Shown: positions 18,091-28,758 of the stretch, in pieces
How the letters are laid out: each line of letters begins with the position of its first letter
Position numbering within the stretch: position 1 is the stretch's first letter
DNA from: Deltaproteobacteria bacterium
Lineage (GTDB): Bacteria > Bdellovibrionota_B > Oligoflexia > Oligoflexales > Bog-1112
Reading direction: 5' to 3'
Assembly (NCBI GenBank): GCA_023250635.1
Contig: JAHFAI010000005.1
Location: 1-64,000, forward strand
Length of the DNA: 64,000 bases
Program-made: the position numbers and the translations under genes
Notes under the pieces: model-generated
Seen by the model: the letters and a program-made list of their open reading frames with translations, nothing else
Databases searched by the model: none
What the model was told of the DNA's origin: nothing

Positions 18091-21000
18091 CCCCCAGCCT
18101 CATCACAAAGGGCTGGACTCTGGGGTTGGAGCACCTGTCGCCCCGAGAAATCATCGTAAAGTGGCCAGGCAGGTTCAAGCTCCGCTGTGGGATCAGCGGC
18201 CACACTTACCGCAAAAATAGCCAGCTGGGGATTACGCGGCAAAGTAAGCTGACTGGCTCCCGGCTTCAATGGCAGCACATACTTGAATAAATATGAAAAG
18301 GTATAAGAGTCATTTTTGCCCGAGGCAAGATGGCGATGAGTAGCGAACCAGGCAATGGGTGCACGCTTAATGAAACCTGGTTCTATACGGATTACCTGGT
18401 CTTGGAGGGTGAAAATACGATTATCATAATCGCCAATCTTACCGTACCACTGTTGGATCGTACGCTGATAGATTTCATCATCGATGCTAAACGCAACCTC
18501 AGTATCTGAGCTTGCCGCAGCGAGCAGATACAGGCGATTATACGAGCCTGCAGGTAAAGCCAGCACCTGTCCTGCGGCAATAACCCCCTGCTGTTTACCA
18601 GCAGCAAGCACAAAACGTACCCCCTCACTGGTCAGCTCAGAGGGAAACTGCTCGGCTGGATAATTGGCTCCATCGCCAGGGAACGAGCCTACTCGCGCTT
18701 CCCCATCCCGAGAGGTAAATTGCCCATTAAAGGGCAAATCCACTGCGGTCGAAACCACCAAAACAGGCGGCTTTTCATCGACAACAAACTCCACCGCAAA
18801 ACTGCGTGGACTATAGGTTCCAAGCTCGGTAAGCAGCTGCTTATCAGCATAAACTGCTTCCCCTATTTTTCGTTCTTGAGCGTCAACTTCCCAGGCCTGA
18901 GCTATAGGCGCAGCAAAGCTCACCGTAAGGGAAGCATTCGCCATACCCCAGAGCTCTTGCAAGCGGATAATCGTCGCGGAACCGCTCTCTGCTTTTTTTA
19001 GCGCTCGTATTCCTACCTGGGGCGTACTGAGCTGGGCAAAAGAAAAACTTCGCCCCAGGTCGCCCGGATGGCGTTCACTGCGAAAAGCCTGGGGTTTTTG
19101 ATTAAGGCGTTCGCCCTGTTCATAAGTCAAATCGCTGCGCCAATCCCCGCGGTGCGGGAATATCCCATAGGTGAAATCATGATGCCCCCAGTCCTGAGAA
19201 GCCTCGTAGTGGTAGCCACCGCGTTCGGTGTTAGGCGTATAGAGAAGGGTCAGACGCACTTCATTATCGGAGGGTTTGTCAGAGCCAAATTTGCCGTCTT
19301 CGAGGATACTCACCCCGTAACTACCATCGCCAAGACTCAGGTCAAACCACTGATGACTTGGTACCTCGAATTTTCGTGGATGATTGTTATTGCGTTCGAT
19401 GGTCCCCAAACCCCAGTTATAGGTGGCGAGAGGATTAGCAATGGTCAGGGGAAAGCTTGCTTTTAATGACGAATTTTTGCTCAACCAATCGATAGCATTC
19501 CCTACCCACACAACCCGCGAACCGCGCACTAAGCTGAAACGCTGGACAAAGGTCGAATCCAAGGTTTTACGGCTTACCTGGAGGCTTACCCGTACCGGCC
19601 CCTGTTCTAATATCTCTATTTTTGCCGGACCACTTACGTGGGCGTAGGGTGGTTTTTGCCGATCGGCCCAGTCCATATTCCAAGCAGGAAATGCTTGGGG
19701 TTGCTCGTATTGAAAGACCAGCTGGGCAGGCTGAGCTAAGAGCTCACGTTCACCGTTTTCAAGATCGCGAATGCTTGCCACGTCTCCCTCAGGGTTGAGT
19801 TGCACCGCCAACAGACCATTGGTGAGGGAAGTTGCGGTCACTCCCAGAGGAGAGACCGTACGCTCCCCTTCACGGGCTGTACGCAGTGAGAACACCTCAA
19901 AACTAAGAGGGGCTAGTTCAGGAGCAAACACCACCACACTCGCGCCTGTCTCAAGACTGCTCACTTGCACCGGCCAGGCTCGACCCTGGGCATCTTCAGC
20001 TATCAGGGGCTGGGAGGGGAGTTCTTCGCGGGTAAAGTGCGCCTCCACTACATCCTGGCGAGGAATGGCCAGAGGGTTGTAGACCAGCAGCGGTAAAGGA
20101 ACCCTCGTCTCCAGGCGGCTTGCCACCGCCCCAACACTATAAAGCAGGGATGCGGCAAAACCATTAAGGGCAATCAGCTCATCGTTGTAGGAATATTCAT
20201 AGGCCTTAGGGAGACTCGTTCCCGGTAAGATATCGTGCATTTGGCTGCCGAGCACTCGCAGCCACGAGCGATTTATTTTTTCTTGGGGATAAGCAGCCTT
20301 GGCAAGCACAGAAGCTACCACCGCCGCCCGTTCCGCACTATCGGCCAGCTGCTCATTACGCCGATTCCACCGTTTCATATAAGCCTGGGAAGTTAACGTT
20401 CCTGCGGAATGTTCGGTGAGCAGCATATCTCCTTTATAGCGGGGCAAGAGCGCTTTTTGCTCATCACTAAGATCGCGAAAGAGTTGATCTGATGCCGCGG
20501 AAAGTACCGTGATCGGACCTCCAGGCTTGAGGCTTGCCATCACCTGCTTAACATCTTGTTCCCGGGGGGCTCCACCCTGGTCACCGACCCCGTAGTAGTG
20601 ATAGTCGGTATAAACCCCATATTTTAAGCCATTATCATTAACCCGTTCCACCCATTGTGGATCTGTATTGAGGGGTTGATGGACCTGTCCCACGTATTCA
20701 CCAGGATTCAGCGCCGCCACAATAGTTTTACCATCGGGTCCCTCCCACAGACCGAGATTAAAGGGAATACCTACCGCAGACCCCCAGGTAAGTTTCTGAG
20801 TAGAGAAACCTTTGAGTCCTGCATGAGCCCAAATACTCGGCATCGAGGCAGGAAAGCCAAAGCAGTCGGGCAGCATATAGTCAACACTTTCCCGATTAAA
20901 CTCGCGGCGAAAATAATTATTTCCGAGCAAAATTTGCCGGAAAATCGCTTCAGGAGAGGGCACATTAACATCGCCCTCATCCACCGACGAGCCCGAAACA

Positions 21001-21308
21001 AACCAACGATTTTGCTGGATATATGCTTTTAACTGCGCATAGTGCTGGGGAAAATACTCCTCCATCATCGCGTAGCGAATTGAACCGGTGAAATTAAAAT
21101 TATACTGGGGATAACGCTCAAAAAGAGCAAAATTGTCTTCGAGGGTACGTTTGATGAATTCATCGATGGTAACCTGGTAGGTCCACAGCCACTGGGTATC
21201 CAAGTGGGCATAAGCAACGACATAGAGGGTCTTGTCTTTGCTAAGATCAGCTTTGGCGATAAGCAAAGGTGGAGACAGCAAGAACAGTAGCGAAAGTTTT
21301 TTGAACAC
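18084..21308 (-). CDS. Secreted GH38 alpha-mannosidase
   Basis: GH38 N-terminal signature YVVAYAHLDTQWLW...NFNFTGS and about 1074 aa. GTG at 21308 is preceded by GGAGAGGA and followed by the signal-like KKLSLLFLLSPPLLIAKA. The longer track ORF would overlap the upstream gene by 128 nt. Confidence 0.85.
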   Translation of the reverse strand: MFKKLSLLFLLSPPLLIAKADLSKDKTLYVVAYAHLDTQWLWTYQVTIDEFIKRTLEDNFALFERYPQYNFNFTGSIRYAMMEEYFPQHYAQLKAYIQQNRWFVSGSSVDEGDVNVPSPEAIFRQILLGNNYFRREFNRESVDYMLPDCFGFPASMPSIWAHAGLKGFSTQKLTWGSAVGIPFNLGLWEGPDGKTIVAALNPGEYVGQVHQPLNTDPQWVERVNDNGLKYGVYTDYHYYGVGDQGGAPREQDVKQVMASLKPGGPITVLSAASDQLFRDLSDEQKALLPRYKGDMLLTEHSAGTLTSQAYMKRWNRRNEQLADSAERAAVVASVLAKAAYPQEKINRSWLRVLGSQMHDILPGTSLPKAYEYSYNDELIALNGFAASLLYSVGAVASRLETRVPLPLLVYNPLAIPRQDVVEAHFTREELPSQPLIAEDAQGRAWPVQVSSLETGASVVVFAPELAPLSFEVFSLRTAREGERTVSPLGVTATSLTNGLLAVQLNPEGDVASIRDLENGERELLAQPAQLVFQYEQPQAFPAWNMDWADRQKPPYAHVSGPAKIEILEQGPVRVSLQVSRKTLDSTFVQRFSLVRGSRVVWVGNAIDWLSKNSSLKASFPLTIANPLATYNWGLGTIERNNNHPRKFEVPSHQWFDLSLGDGSYGVSILEDGKFGSDKPSDNEVRLTLLYTPNTERGGYHYEASQDWGHHDFTYGIFPHRGDWRSDLTYEQGERLNQKPQAFRSERHPGDLGRSFSFAQLSTPQVGIRALKKAESGSATIIRLQELWGMANASLTVSFAAPIAQAWEVDAQERKIGEAVYADKQLLTELGTYSPRSFAVEFVVDEKPPVLVVSTAVDLPFNGQFTSRDGEARVGSFPGDGANYPAEQFPSELTSEGVRFVLAAGKQQGVIAAGQVLALPAGSYNRLYLLAAASSDTEVAFSIDDEIYQRTIQQWYGKIGDYDNRIFTLQDQVIRIEPGFIKRAPIAWFATHRHLASGKNDSYTFSYLFKYVLPLKPGASQLTLPRNPQLAIFAVSVAADPTAELEPAWPLYDDFSGRQVLQPQSPALCDEAGGC

Positions 21309-21327
21309 GTATCCTCTCCGTAAAAAT

Positions 21328-22404
21328 TCAAGTGCCGTATAGCATGCTGCGCTCAACAAACCAATATATACCGATAAGCAGACAAACAGCACTGGCAAGC
21401 CGATAGACCGGCAGCAACGTTCGCACCGTCCACAAGAGCGGGTAATACATCGCAATAACCAAAAACTGCCCTAGTTCTACCCCGCAATTAAAAAAGAGGA
21501 GAGCCAGAATCTGCTGATCGGCAAGCAGCGAAAGATCCTGCATAACATTAGCAAAGCCAAAGCCATGAATTAAGCCTAGGGCAAAGATAATCACCAGGGA
21601 ATCACCCCAAAAATGCCAGAAATTATTCACCGCAACGAGACTAATAGATAAAGCAATTGCTGCTTCTATGAAGCCGACCGAAGGCGAACAAATTTTTAGC
21701 CCGGCGAGCGCTAAAGTGAGAGAATGGCCTAGGGTAAAAGCCGTGCAATAACGCAGAACCTGCAATAAGCGCTGACGATGAGTCGCTACACCTTCGCCAA
21801 AAAAGAGGGGTAACAACAAGGCAAATAAAAATAAGAGATGATCATAACCCTCGAGAATATGGCTTACCCCCTCCATAATAAGCGACCAAAATAGCTGACT
21901 ACTCGCTATCTTCTCCTGCAAAAATACCTTGACCGAGGGTACGGTTGCGCTGAGCATGGCGGTATACGGAGAGCCCTGATTACCTGCCCGCACAAAGGTA
22001 CGATGTTCGGCATCTGCAGCAAACATAAAGGTCGAAGTTATGCGGAGGTGCTCGATCTTATTGGCACAGGCAACACTGAAGGCAAGGCTCAGATAGCTCT
22101 CTCGTGGCAGCTTGTTTTCGAGTTGAGTGAGAGAACGGGGAGTGAGCATGCAGGCCTGGGGACCATTGTCTACGGTCAAGCGGCTGAGCAAGTATGCCGT
22201 GGCCCTCTCCCGAGGGGGGAGCTCCTCGGGAGAGAGACCAAGGGCAAAGGCCACATCACTCACCGCAATATTCCACGAAGCAAGTACCACTCGCTCGCCG
22301 CTCGTTTGCGTAAAGCGTAGATAGCTATAGGCGGAATGATGAGCAGACAAAGAAGCTGCGAAGCCCGTTAGGCTTATTAGTATAATGAGTATAGATTGAT
22401 TCAT
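21328..22404 (-). CDS. HupE/UreJ-family membrane protein with an N-terminal periplasmic domain
   Basis: HILEGYDHLLFLFALLLP motif and a multi-TM C-terminal half. Signal peptide ...ASLSA followed by HHSAYSYLRF. Confidence 0.7.
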   Translation of the reverse strand: MNQSILIILISLTGFAASLSAHHSAYSYLRFTQTSGERVVLASWNIAVSDVAFALGLSPEELPPRERATAYLLSRLTVDNGPQACMLTPRSLTQLENKLPRESYLSLAFSVACANKIEHLRITSTFMFAADAEHRTFVRAGNQGSPYTAMLSATVPSVKVFLQEKIASSQLFWSLIMEGVSHILEGYDHLLFLFALLLPLFFGEGVATHRQRLLQVLRYCTAFTLGHSLTLALAGLKICSPSVGFIEAAIALSISLVAVNNFWHFWGDSLVIIFALGLIHGFGFANVMQDLSLLADQQILALLFFNCGVELGQFLVIAMYYPLLWTVRTLLPVYRLASAVCLLIGIYWFVERSMLYGT

Positions 22405-22437
22405 GTCACCACTATATTCCCAAGCAAGGAGCAGAGC

Positions 22438-22803
22438 ATGGCCAAACCACCGCGGAAAACTTCTCTAGGCGAAATAGCTGAAGAAGTAAGCAATGATGAT
22501 TTTCCCAGCGTCGATGATACATCCGATTCCCGTGAAGAACGAAAAAATGGTGAAGTAAAAATCCGCCTCCAGCTGAATGCTCCCAAAGATCATCCTCTCA
22601 GCTGGTTTAGTGAGGAAGTTAAAATGCGCGGCATCAAAAATTTGGATCTTAACACCCTGGTGCTTACCGCCATAAGTGAGCTCGGCGATTCCTGGTGGCG
22701 TCAGATCCTTGAAGAACATACTCCTCTCGAGTATAAAATATCCGCAGCCTTAGCAGATCCGGCGATGCGCGAAAAACTAAAGTTGCTCCTCGCCAGCCAA
22801 TAA
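22438..22803 (+). CDS. Hypothetical protein (121 aa)
   Basis: ATG at 22438 preceded by AGGAG. Acidic N-terminus. No family recognised. Confidence 0.45.
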   Translation: MAKPPRKTSLGEIAEEVSNDDFPSVDDTSDSREERKNGEVKIRLQLNAPKDHPLSWFSEEVKMRGIKNLDLNTLVLTAISELGDSWWRQILEEHTPLEYKISAALADPAMREKLKLLLASQ

Positions 22804-22844
22804 GCTCGCTCCACGGAGAATGCTAACCAACGAAAGGAAGCCCC

Positions 22845-24233
22845 ATGACAACACGCCTCGAATCGGACTCTAGCGGCGAAATCGCCGTCCCTGCTGCCGC
22901 CTATTGGGGAGCACAAACCCAACGCTCCCTCGAAAATTTCACCATCGGCGGCCAACGTTTTAGTCGGACCATGATTTGGGCCATGGGTATGGTGAAAAAA
23001 GCTGCAGCTCAGGTTAACGGCGACCTAGGGAAGCTTTCTGCTGACAAGGTTTCAGCTATCTCACAGGCCTGCGATGAAGTTATCGCCGGCTCCCTCGATC
23101 AGGAATTTCCCCTGGTGGTGTGGCAGACCGGCTCAGGCACCCAAAGCAATATGAATGCCAACGAAGTCATTGCCAATAAAGCTATTGAGCTGCTAGGCGG
23201 TCAACTCGGCAGCAAACATCCCATCCATCCTAACGACGATGTTAATAAATCCCAGTCGTCAAACGATGCCTTCCCTACCTTTATGCACGTAGCTGCGGTG
23301 AAAGATCTCCAAGGCAAACTATTACCCGCACTCAGCGCTCTTGAAAGGGTTCTCCACAAAAAATCTCAGGATTTTAAAGATATTATTAAAATCGGACGCA
23401 CCCACTTGATGGATGCCACCCCCCTGTCCCTTGGTCAGGAAATCGGGGGCTGGGCGGCCCAATTGGCTTATGCCCGTAACGAAGTCGAACGCACCAGTGT
23501 AGGTCTCTACTCCCTGGCCATGGGAGGCACTGCAGTGGGCACTGGCCTGAATACCCACCCGCAGTTTGCCGAGCGCTCAGCCAAAAAACTCGCTACCCTG
23601 ACCGGCTATCCTTTTATTACGGCGGTGGATAAATTTGCTGCACTGAGTGCCCACGATGCCATAGTGGCGATGAGTGGCGCTCTCAAAACGTTGGCCACCG
23701 CCTGCATGAAGATCGCCAATGACCTACGTTTCTTGGCTAGCGGTCCGCGCTGTGGTATCGGCGAATTGCTTATCCCTGCAAATGAGCCGGGGAGCTCCAT
23801 TATGCCGGGCAAGGTAAATCCCACCCAATGTGAAGCGATGACCATGGTGGCTGCTCAAGTTATGGGCAATGATGTAACCATCGCTATCGCAGGAAGTAAC
23901 GGGCATTTTCAGCTTAACGTCTTTAAGCCCGTACTGATTCATAACCTGCTTGAATCCATCAATCTTCTCGCTGATTCGCTCTCCTGTTTCACCGCCAAAT
24001 GTGCCTCCGGCATCGAGCCTAATCGTGCCGTCATTAGCAAAAATCTTAATAATTCCCTTATGCTGGTCACTGCGCTGAACCAGCTGATCGGCTATGACAA
24101 GGCTGCGGAAATCGCTAAAAAAGCCTGGAAAGAGGATAGCAGCCTTAAAGAGGCGGCCATTAAGTCTGGGTATATTTCCGCCGAAGATTTTGACAAATAC
24201 GTTCGCCCTGAGCAGATGATTGCTCCACACTAG
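22845..24233 (+). CDS. fumC: Fumarate hydratase class II
   Basis: [15 protein letters not shown] signature, 462 aa, AAGGAAG RBS. Confidence 0.95.
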   Translation: MTTRLESDSSGEIAVPAAAYWGAQTQRSLENFTIGGQRFSRTMIWAMGMVKKAAAQVNGDLGKLSADKVSAISQACDEVIAGSLDQEFPLVVWQTGSGTQSNMNANEVIANKAIELLGGQLGSKHPIHPNDDVNKSQSSNDAFPTFMHVAAVKDLQGKLLPALSALERVLHKKSQDFKDIIKIGRTHLMDATPLSLGQEIGGWAAQLAYARNEVERTSVGLYSLAMGGTAVGTGLNTHPQFAERSAKKLATLTGYPFITAVDKFAALSAHDAIVAMSGALKTLATACMKIANDLRFLASGPRCGIGELLIPANEPGSSIMPGKVNPTQCEAMTMVAAQVMGNDVTIAIAGSNGHFQLNVFKPVLIHNLLESINLLADSLSCFTAKCASGIEPNRAVISKNLNNSLMLVTALNQLIGYDKAAEIAKKAWKEDSSLKEAAIKSGYISAEDFDKYVRPEQMIAPH

Positions 24234-24369
24234 GGAGAGCTTCCGTAGTTTTTCATTGCGAGAATACAGAAAATTGGTAGAATCATCGGCTTGTTGCCCA
24301 GGCTCTGCCAATTTAGGCATAAAGTTAATTATTACAATATCTTATTAAGATCTTTTGAGGAGTATGGTC

Positions 24370-24537
24370 ATGGCGCGTTCTAATCGCCGCGAAAAAGTTA
24401 AGCTTGTTTCCACTGCCAATACCGGTGTGTATTACACCGTCAACAAGTTGAAAGGCAAAGACAAGCTGAACCTAAAAAAATACGACCCCAAGGTTCGTAA
24501 GCATGTGGAGTTTAAAGAAGCCAAGCTCACAAAATAA
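24370..24537 (+). CDS. rpmG: 50S ribosomal protein L33
   Basis: [30 protein letters not shown]... is typical of L33. GAGGAG lies 8 nt upstream of ATG 24370. Confidence 0.88.
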   Translation: MARSNRREKVKLVSTANTGVYYTVNKLKGKDKLNLKKYDPKVRKHVEFKEAKLTK

Positions 24538-24574
24538 CGACCCCCAAGCCTTGAGTCGTTGGTATGTTAAGTAT

Positions 24575-27118
24575 CTATGCCTGCAGAATCACCGGTTCGG
24601 CTAAAATCGCGCCGGTGATCTTGATCAACTTCTCCAGTAACTCATCTTCGCTCTTTTTACCCTGTTTTGGCCACGCTAAGGCATGCATCAACACCTCATC
24701 CATATGTTCTACCGGCACAAAAGTCATGCTGGCCCGTACCGCCTCCGGTATTTCACTCAGGTCCTTGATATTATCCTTAGGGAAAATCACCGTGGTCAGG
24801 CCGCTGCGATGAGCTGCCAAAGCCTTTTCCTTAAGTCCGCCAATGGGCAGGGACTTGCCCCTCAGGGTGATTTCCCCGGTCATCGCCACGTTTTTGCGAA
24901 TCGGACGTTGGGTCAGTGCACTGGTTAAGGCCGTGGCCATGGTCAGGCCCGCCGATGGTCCATCCTTGGGAATAGCCCCTTCAGGCACATGAATATGTAT
25001 ATCGAGAATCTGGTAAAAATCCTCGGCCAGGCCAAGAAACTTTGCCCGCGAGCGCACATAACTCATGGCCGCTTGAGCCGACTCCTGCATGACATCACCC
25101 AGCTTGCCGGTGATGGTTAATTTACCCTTGCCCGGCAAAACCACCACCTCGATCAATAACAGCTCGCCCCCCGCCTGGGTCCAGGCCAAGCCTGTACACA
25201 CGCCAATCTCATCACACTCACTCTGGGGGCTAAAGCGATGGCGACGCGGCCCAAGATAGTCCTGCACTGATTGGGCGGTTATTTCCTCGTAGAAGCCCCC
25301 GGTAAGTTCAGAGACTTTGGCCTCGGCGGGTGCTGTTTTTTTGCTGGTTTTTTTGGCACGAGCACTGGTGGCTGTTTCACCCGGGGGATTTAAAGCAGCG
25401 GCTTTCAAATGCTGGCGAGCTGATTTGCGCAACAACGAGGCTAGCTCCCGCTCGAGACCTCGTACGCCTGCCTCTCGGGTATAATAACGGATTAGCTCGG
25501 TGATCGCCCCGCGCTCAAAGCTGATGTGGGATTTTTCCAGCCCATGTTCCTTAATTTGCTTAGTAACCAAATATTTGGTGGCAATTTGCAGTTTTTCATC
25601 TTCGGTATAGCCGGCGATTCTAATCAACTCCATCCGGTCGAGCAGCGGTCCGGGTATTCCTTCCGTTGAATTGGCCGTAGCAATAAATAGACAGTGGGAG
25701 AGATCAAAATCGAGGTCAAGATAATGGTCATTAAAAGCACAGTTCTGCTCGGGGTCAAGCACTTCCAGCATTGCCGCAGCAGGGTCACCGCGATAGTCAT
25801 TGCCCATTTTATCAATCTCATCAAGGAGAATTACCGGATTGGCCGTACCAGCACGCTTGAGTGCGGCAATTATTTTGCCGGGCATAGAGCCAATATAGGT
25901 TTTGCGATGCCCACGAATTTCTGCCTGATCCTTGACCCCACCTAAGGAAATACGGACAAATTTGCGGTTTACTGCCTCGGCAACACTGCGCGCTAAGGAG
26001 GTTTTACCAACCCCAGGAGGACCAACGATACAGAGAATCGGCCCCTTCATTTGCTCTACAATATTACGTATGGCTAAATATTCGAGTATCCGATCCTTAA
26101 CTTTTTCCAAACCAAAATGATCACGATTCAGTACCTCTTCGGCAAAAGCGATATTTTTAATGTCTTCGCTATAGGATTGCCACGGTAGGGAAAGCACCGT
26201 CTCGATAAAATTACGAACGACGGTGGCTTCTGCCGACATCGCTGACATAGTCTTGAGCTTTTTGATTTCTTTGGCGATCTTTTGCTGAGCATCAGCAGAG
26301 AGCTTTACTTTTTTGAGCTGGGCCTCCATTTCGCGTAATTCGCTGCGGCTATCGTCTTTCTCTCCTAGTTCCTTTTGAATCGCGGTGATCTGTTCATTAA
26401 GATAATATTCCTTCTGGGTTTTCTCCATTTGCCGTTTTACTCGGGCGCGAATTTTTTTCTCGACCCGCATTATCTCAATTTCTGACTGAATCGAACCAAA
26501 GACCTGCTCCAGACGGAGACGGGGATTTACCTCTTCCAGCAATTTTTGCTTAGCTTCGAGTTTCAGGTTAGATAAATGGGAAACCAAGGTATCAGCAAGC
26601 TTCGACTCGTCGTCAATTTGACTTATTGAAAGCAGCAATTCAGCGGGAATACGCTTATTAAGCCGGACATAGTTATCAAAAGCAACTTTGACGGTGCGGA
26701 CGATGGCTTCATTTTCAAAACCGACTTGTTTTTTTTCCTCGAGGACGACTGCCTCAACCGTATAAAAATCGTCACATTTGGTAAATTTCAGAATTTTTGC
26801 ACGTTTTTTGCCTTCCACCAGCACTTTTACCGTGCCATCAGGAAGGCGGAGGAGCTGCAAAATAGTCGCCAAGGTCCCGATTTCGTAAAGGTCCTCACTG
26901 GTGGGGTCGGTGGTTTTAGCTTTTTTTTGCGCCACCAAAAAAACATCCTTTTTTTCCTCCATCGCCTGTTCGAGCGCGCGGATTGATTTATCCCGACCGA
27001 CAAACAGCGGCACAATGGTTGCAGGAAAAATAATGATATCTCTCAGGGGGAGAAGAGGGACGCTGATCTTTTGGTAGACCCGGGCTTTGCCAGGCTTGTT
27101 CTCATTCGCCTCAGACAT
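24575..27118 (-). CDS. lon: ATP-dependent Lon protease
   Basis: Walker [10 protein letters not shown], Walker B ILLDEIDK, and the Ser-Lys dyad context PKDGPSAG / [11 protein letters not shown] 27118 is preceded by AAGGAGGAG. Confidence 0.95.
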   Translation of the reverse strand: MSEANENKPGKARVYQKISVPLLPLRDIIIFPATIVPLFVGRDKSIRALEQAMEEKKDVFLVAQKKAKTTDPTSEDLYEIGTLATILQLLRLPDGTVKVLVEGKKRAKILKFTKCDDFYTVEAVVLEEKKQVGFENEAIVRTVKVAFDNYVRLNKRIPAELLLSISQIDDESKLADTLVSHLSNLKLEAKQKLLEEVNPRLRLEQVFGSIQSEIEIMRVEKKIRARVKRQMEKTQKEYYLNEQITAIQKELGEKDDSRSELREMEAQLKKVKLSADAQQKIAKEIKKLKTMSAMSAEATVVRNFIETVLSLPWQSYSEDIKNIAFAEEVLNRDHFGLEKVKDRILEYLAIRNIVEQMKGPILCIVGPPGVGKTSLARSVAEAVNRKFVRISLGGVKDQAEIRGHRKTYIGSMPGKIIAALKRAGTANPVILLDEIDKMGNDYRGDPAAAMLEVLDPEQNCAFNDHYLDLDFDLSHCLFIATANSTEGIPGPLLDRMELIRIAGYTEDEKLQIATKYLVTKQIKEHGLEKSHISFERGAITELIRYYTREAGVRGLERELASLLRKSARQHLKAAALNPPGETATSARAKKTSKKTAPAEAKVSELTGGFYEEITAQSVQDYLGPRRHRFSPQSECDEIGVCTGLAWTQAGGELLLIEVVVLPGKGKLTITGKLGDVMQESAQAAMSYVRSRAKFLGLAEDFYQILDIHIHVPEGAIPKDGPSAGLTMATALTSALTQRPIRKNVAMTGEITLRGKSLPIGGLKEKALAAHRSGLTTVIFPKDNIKDLSEIPEAVRASMTFVPVEHMDEVLMHALAWPKQGKKSEDELLEKLIKITGAILAEPVILQA

Positions 27119-27167
27119 AAAGCTCTCCTCCTTTAAATGGTTTAGCGAGCAAAACTCCACAGCAGGG

Positions 27168-27209
27168 GCCAGCAGCACTACCAGGTAGAAGACGGGTAGT
27201 GCTGCTGGC
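27168..27209. promoter_or_regulatory. Perfect 15-bp inverted repeat 50-90 nt upstream of the lon start
   Basis: GCCAGCAGCACTACC (27168-27182), a 12-nt loop and GGTAGTGCTGCTGGC (27195-27209). It contains AGCACT-N18-AGTGCT. Confidence 0.5.
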
Positions 27210-27411
27210 AACCACAGCTGGCGATAACAAGGGATTTGCAAGTACCGAAGAGAGGAGAGCCAAACTCACCACCCTACTGCTCAAAAAAAAAACAGACTGG
27301 CTATAGAGGGACTACACTTAAGTATAGTATAAACGATATTTAGTGTGGTGACGAGTCTTGGCAAAGAAACCTAGAGGAATAACCCATCCAGCTTAAAGAG
27401 GAAATTACTAC

Positions 27412-28725
27412 CTAGCGCAGCGGATCAGTACCGGTATTGCCACTGCTGGCTTCACCTTTAGTGCGATTTAGCGTCTCCTCGTCTTTATCATCTTTGGAAC
27501 GAAACACCATAATCGGCTCTGATTTAAGCTCGATACACTCCTCGGTGATAATGACTTCCCGCAGCTCGGGCTGGCTGGGTAATTCGTACATAATATCAAG
27601 CATGGCCTCTTCCAAAATTGCCCGCAAACCACGTGCGCCGGTTTTTCGTTTTTGGGCTTCTCGGACTACGGCGACCAGCGCTCCCTCAGTAAACTTCAGA
27701 GCAACTTTTTCGAATTCGAACAACTTTTTAAATTGTTTGACAATCGCGTTCTTGGGCAAAGTAAGGATTTTAATTAAGGTCTGCTCATCGAGCTCAGTCA
27801 GCGCACAAATTACCGGCACCCGTCCGACAAATTCAGGGATCAAGCCAAAGCGCATCAGGTCTTCAGTGCGCACCTGGAGCAGCACATTCTCCATGCGTTC
27901 CTGTTTGCGGCGTTTAACATCCGCACCAAAGCCCATGGTATTGACCTCTACCCGCTGGAGGATAATTTTTTCCAAACCCGCAAAGGCCCCGCCACAGATA
28001 AAAAGGATATTGGTGGTGTCCACCTGGAGAAATTCCTGCTGGGGGTGCTTACGTCCTCCCCGCGGCGGGACATTAGCGATGGTACCTTCCATGATCTTCA
28101 GCAAGGCTTGCTGCACCCCTTCTCCGGAGACATCCCGAGTAATCGAGGGGTTCTCGCCCTTGCGAGCAATTTTGTCGATTTCATCGATATAGGCTATACC
28201 CCGTTGGGCGAGCTCCACATCGTAATCGGCACTTTGCAGCAGATTAAGGATGATGTTTTCCACGTCCTCACCCACATAACCCGCTTCAGTTAAATTGGTG
28301 GCGTCAGAGATGGTAAAGGGCACATGCAGAATCCGAGCCAGAGTTTGTGCTAAGAGGGTTTTGCCACTTCCGGTTGGACCGATAAGCAGAATATTGGATT
28401 TGGCCAATTCCACTTCATCGTCTTTGTCTTTAAAACGGGCATCGATACGTTTGTAGTGGTTATGCACGGCAACGGCTAAGGTTTTCTTCGCCTGGTCTTG
28501 ACCGACGATGTAGTCGTCGAGAACTTTGCGAATATCTTTGGGGTTAGGTACCTTCCCTGTGGGCTCGAGGAGTTCTTCTTTTTCGACCTCCTCGGCGATT
28601 ATATCGTTACACAGCTGAATACACTCATCGCAGATATAGACGCTTGGTCCAGCGATAAGCTTTTTTACTTCCCGCTGGCCCTTGCCACAGAAGCTACAAT
28701 GTAATCCACCGTCTTTAGTTACCAT
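27412..28725 (-). CDS. clpX: ATP-dependent Clp protease ATP-binding subunit ClpX
   Basis: Zn-finger CSFCGK...CDEC, Walker A GPTGSGKT, pore loop GYVG, RKH loop [10 protein letters not shown]. The ClpP-docking loop reads MGF where the canonical sequence is IGF. Confidence 0.95.
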   Translation of the reverse strand: MVTKDGGLHCSFCGKGQREVKKLIAGPSVYICDECIQLCNDIIAEEVEKEELLEPTGKVPNPKDIRKVLDDYIVGQDQAKKTLAVAVHNHYKRIDARFKDKDDEVELAKSNILLIGPTGSGKTLLAQTLARILHVPFTISDATNLTEAGYVGEDVENIILNLLQSADYDVELAQRGIAYIDEIDKIARKGENPSITRDVSGEGVQQALLKIMEGTIANVPPRGGRKHPQQEFLQVDTTNILFICGGAFAGLEKIILQRVEVNTMGFGADVKRRKQERMENVLLQVRTEDLMRFGLIPEFVGRVPVICALTELDEQTLIKILTLPKNAIVKQFKKLFEFEKVALKFTEGALVAVVREAQKRKTGARGLRAILEEAMLDIMYELPSQPELREVIITEECIELKSEPIMVFRSKDDKDEETLNRTKGEASSGNTGTDPLR

Positions 28726-28758
28726 ATCTCCCTCGTCCTCAGACGCCTATGGCGCAAA

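Noticed and set aside
27283-27292. An A10/T10 tract between clpX and lon as a clpX intrinsic terminator
   Set aside because: No adjacent GC-rich stem directly precedes the U-run on the minus strand. Only a weak 7-bp AT-rich hairpin lies about 18 nt away.
27437-28192. 251-aa ORF antisense to clpX, and 198-aa ORF 23724..24320 antisense to fumC
   Set aside because: Both lie entirely within highly conserved genes on the other strand, are Ser/Arg-rich with low-complexity translations, and have no RBS.
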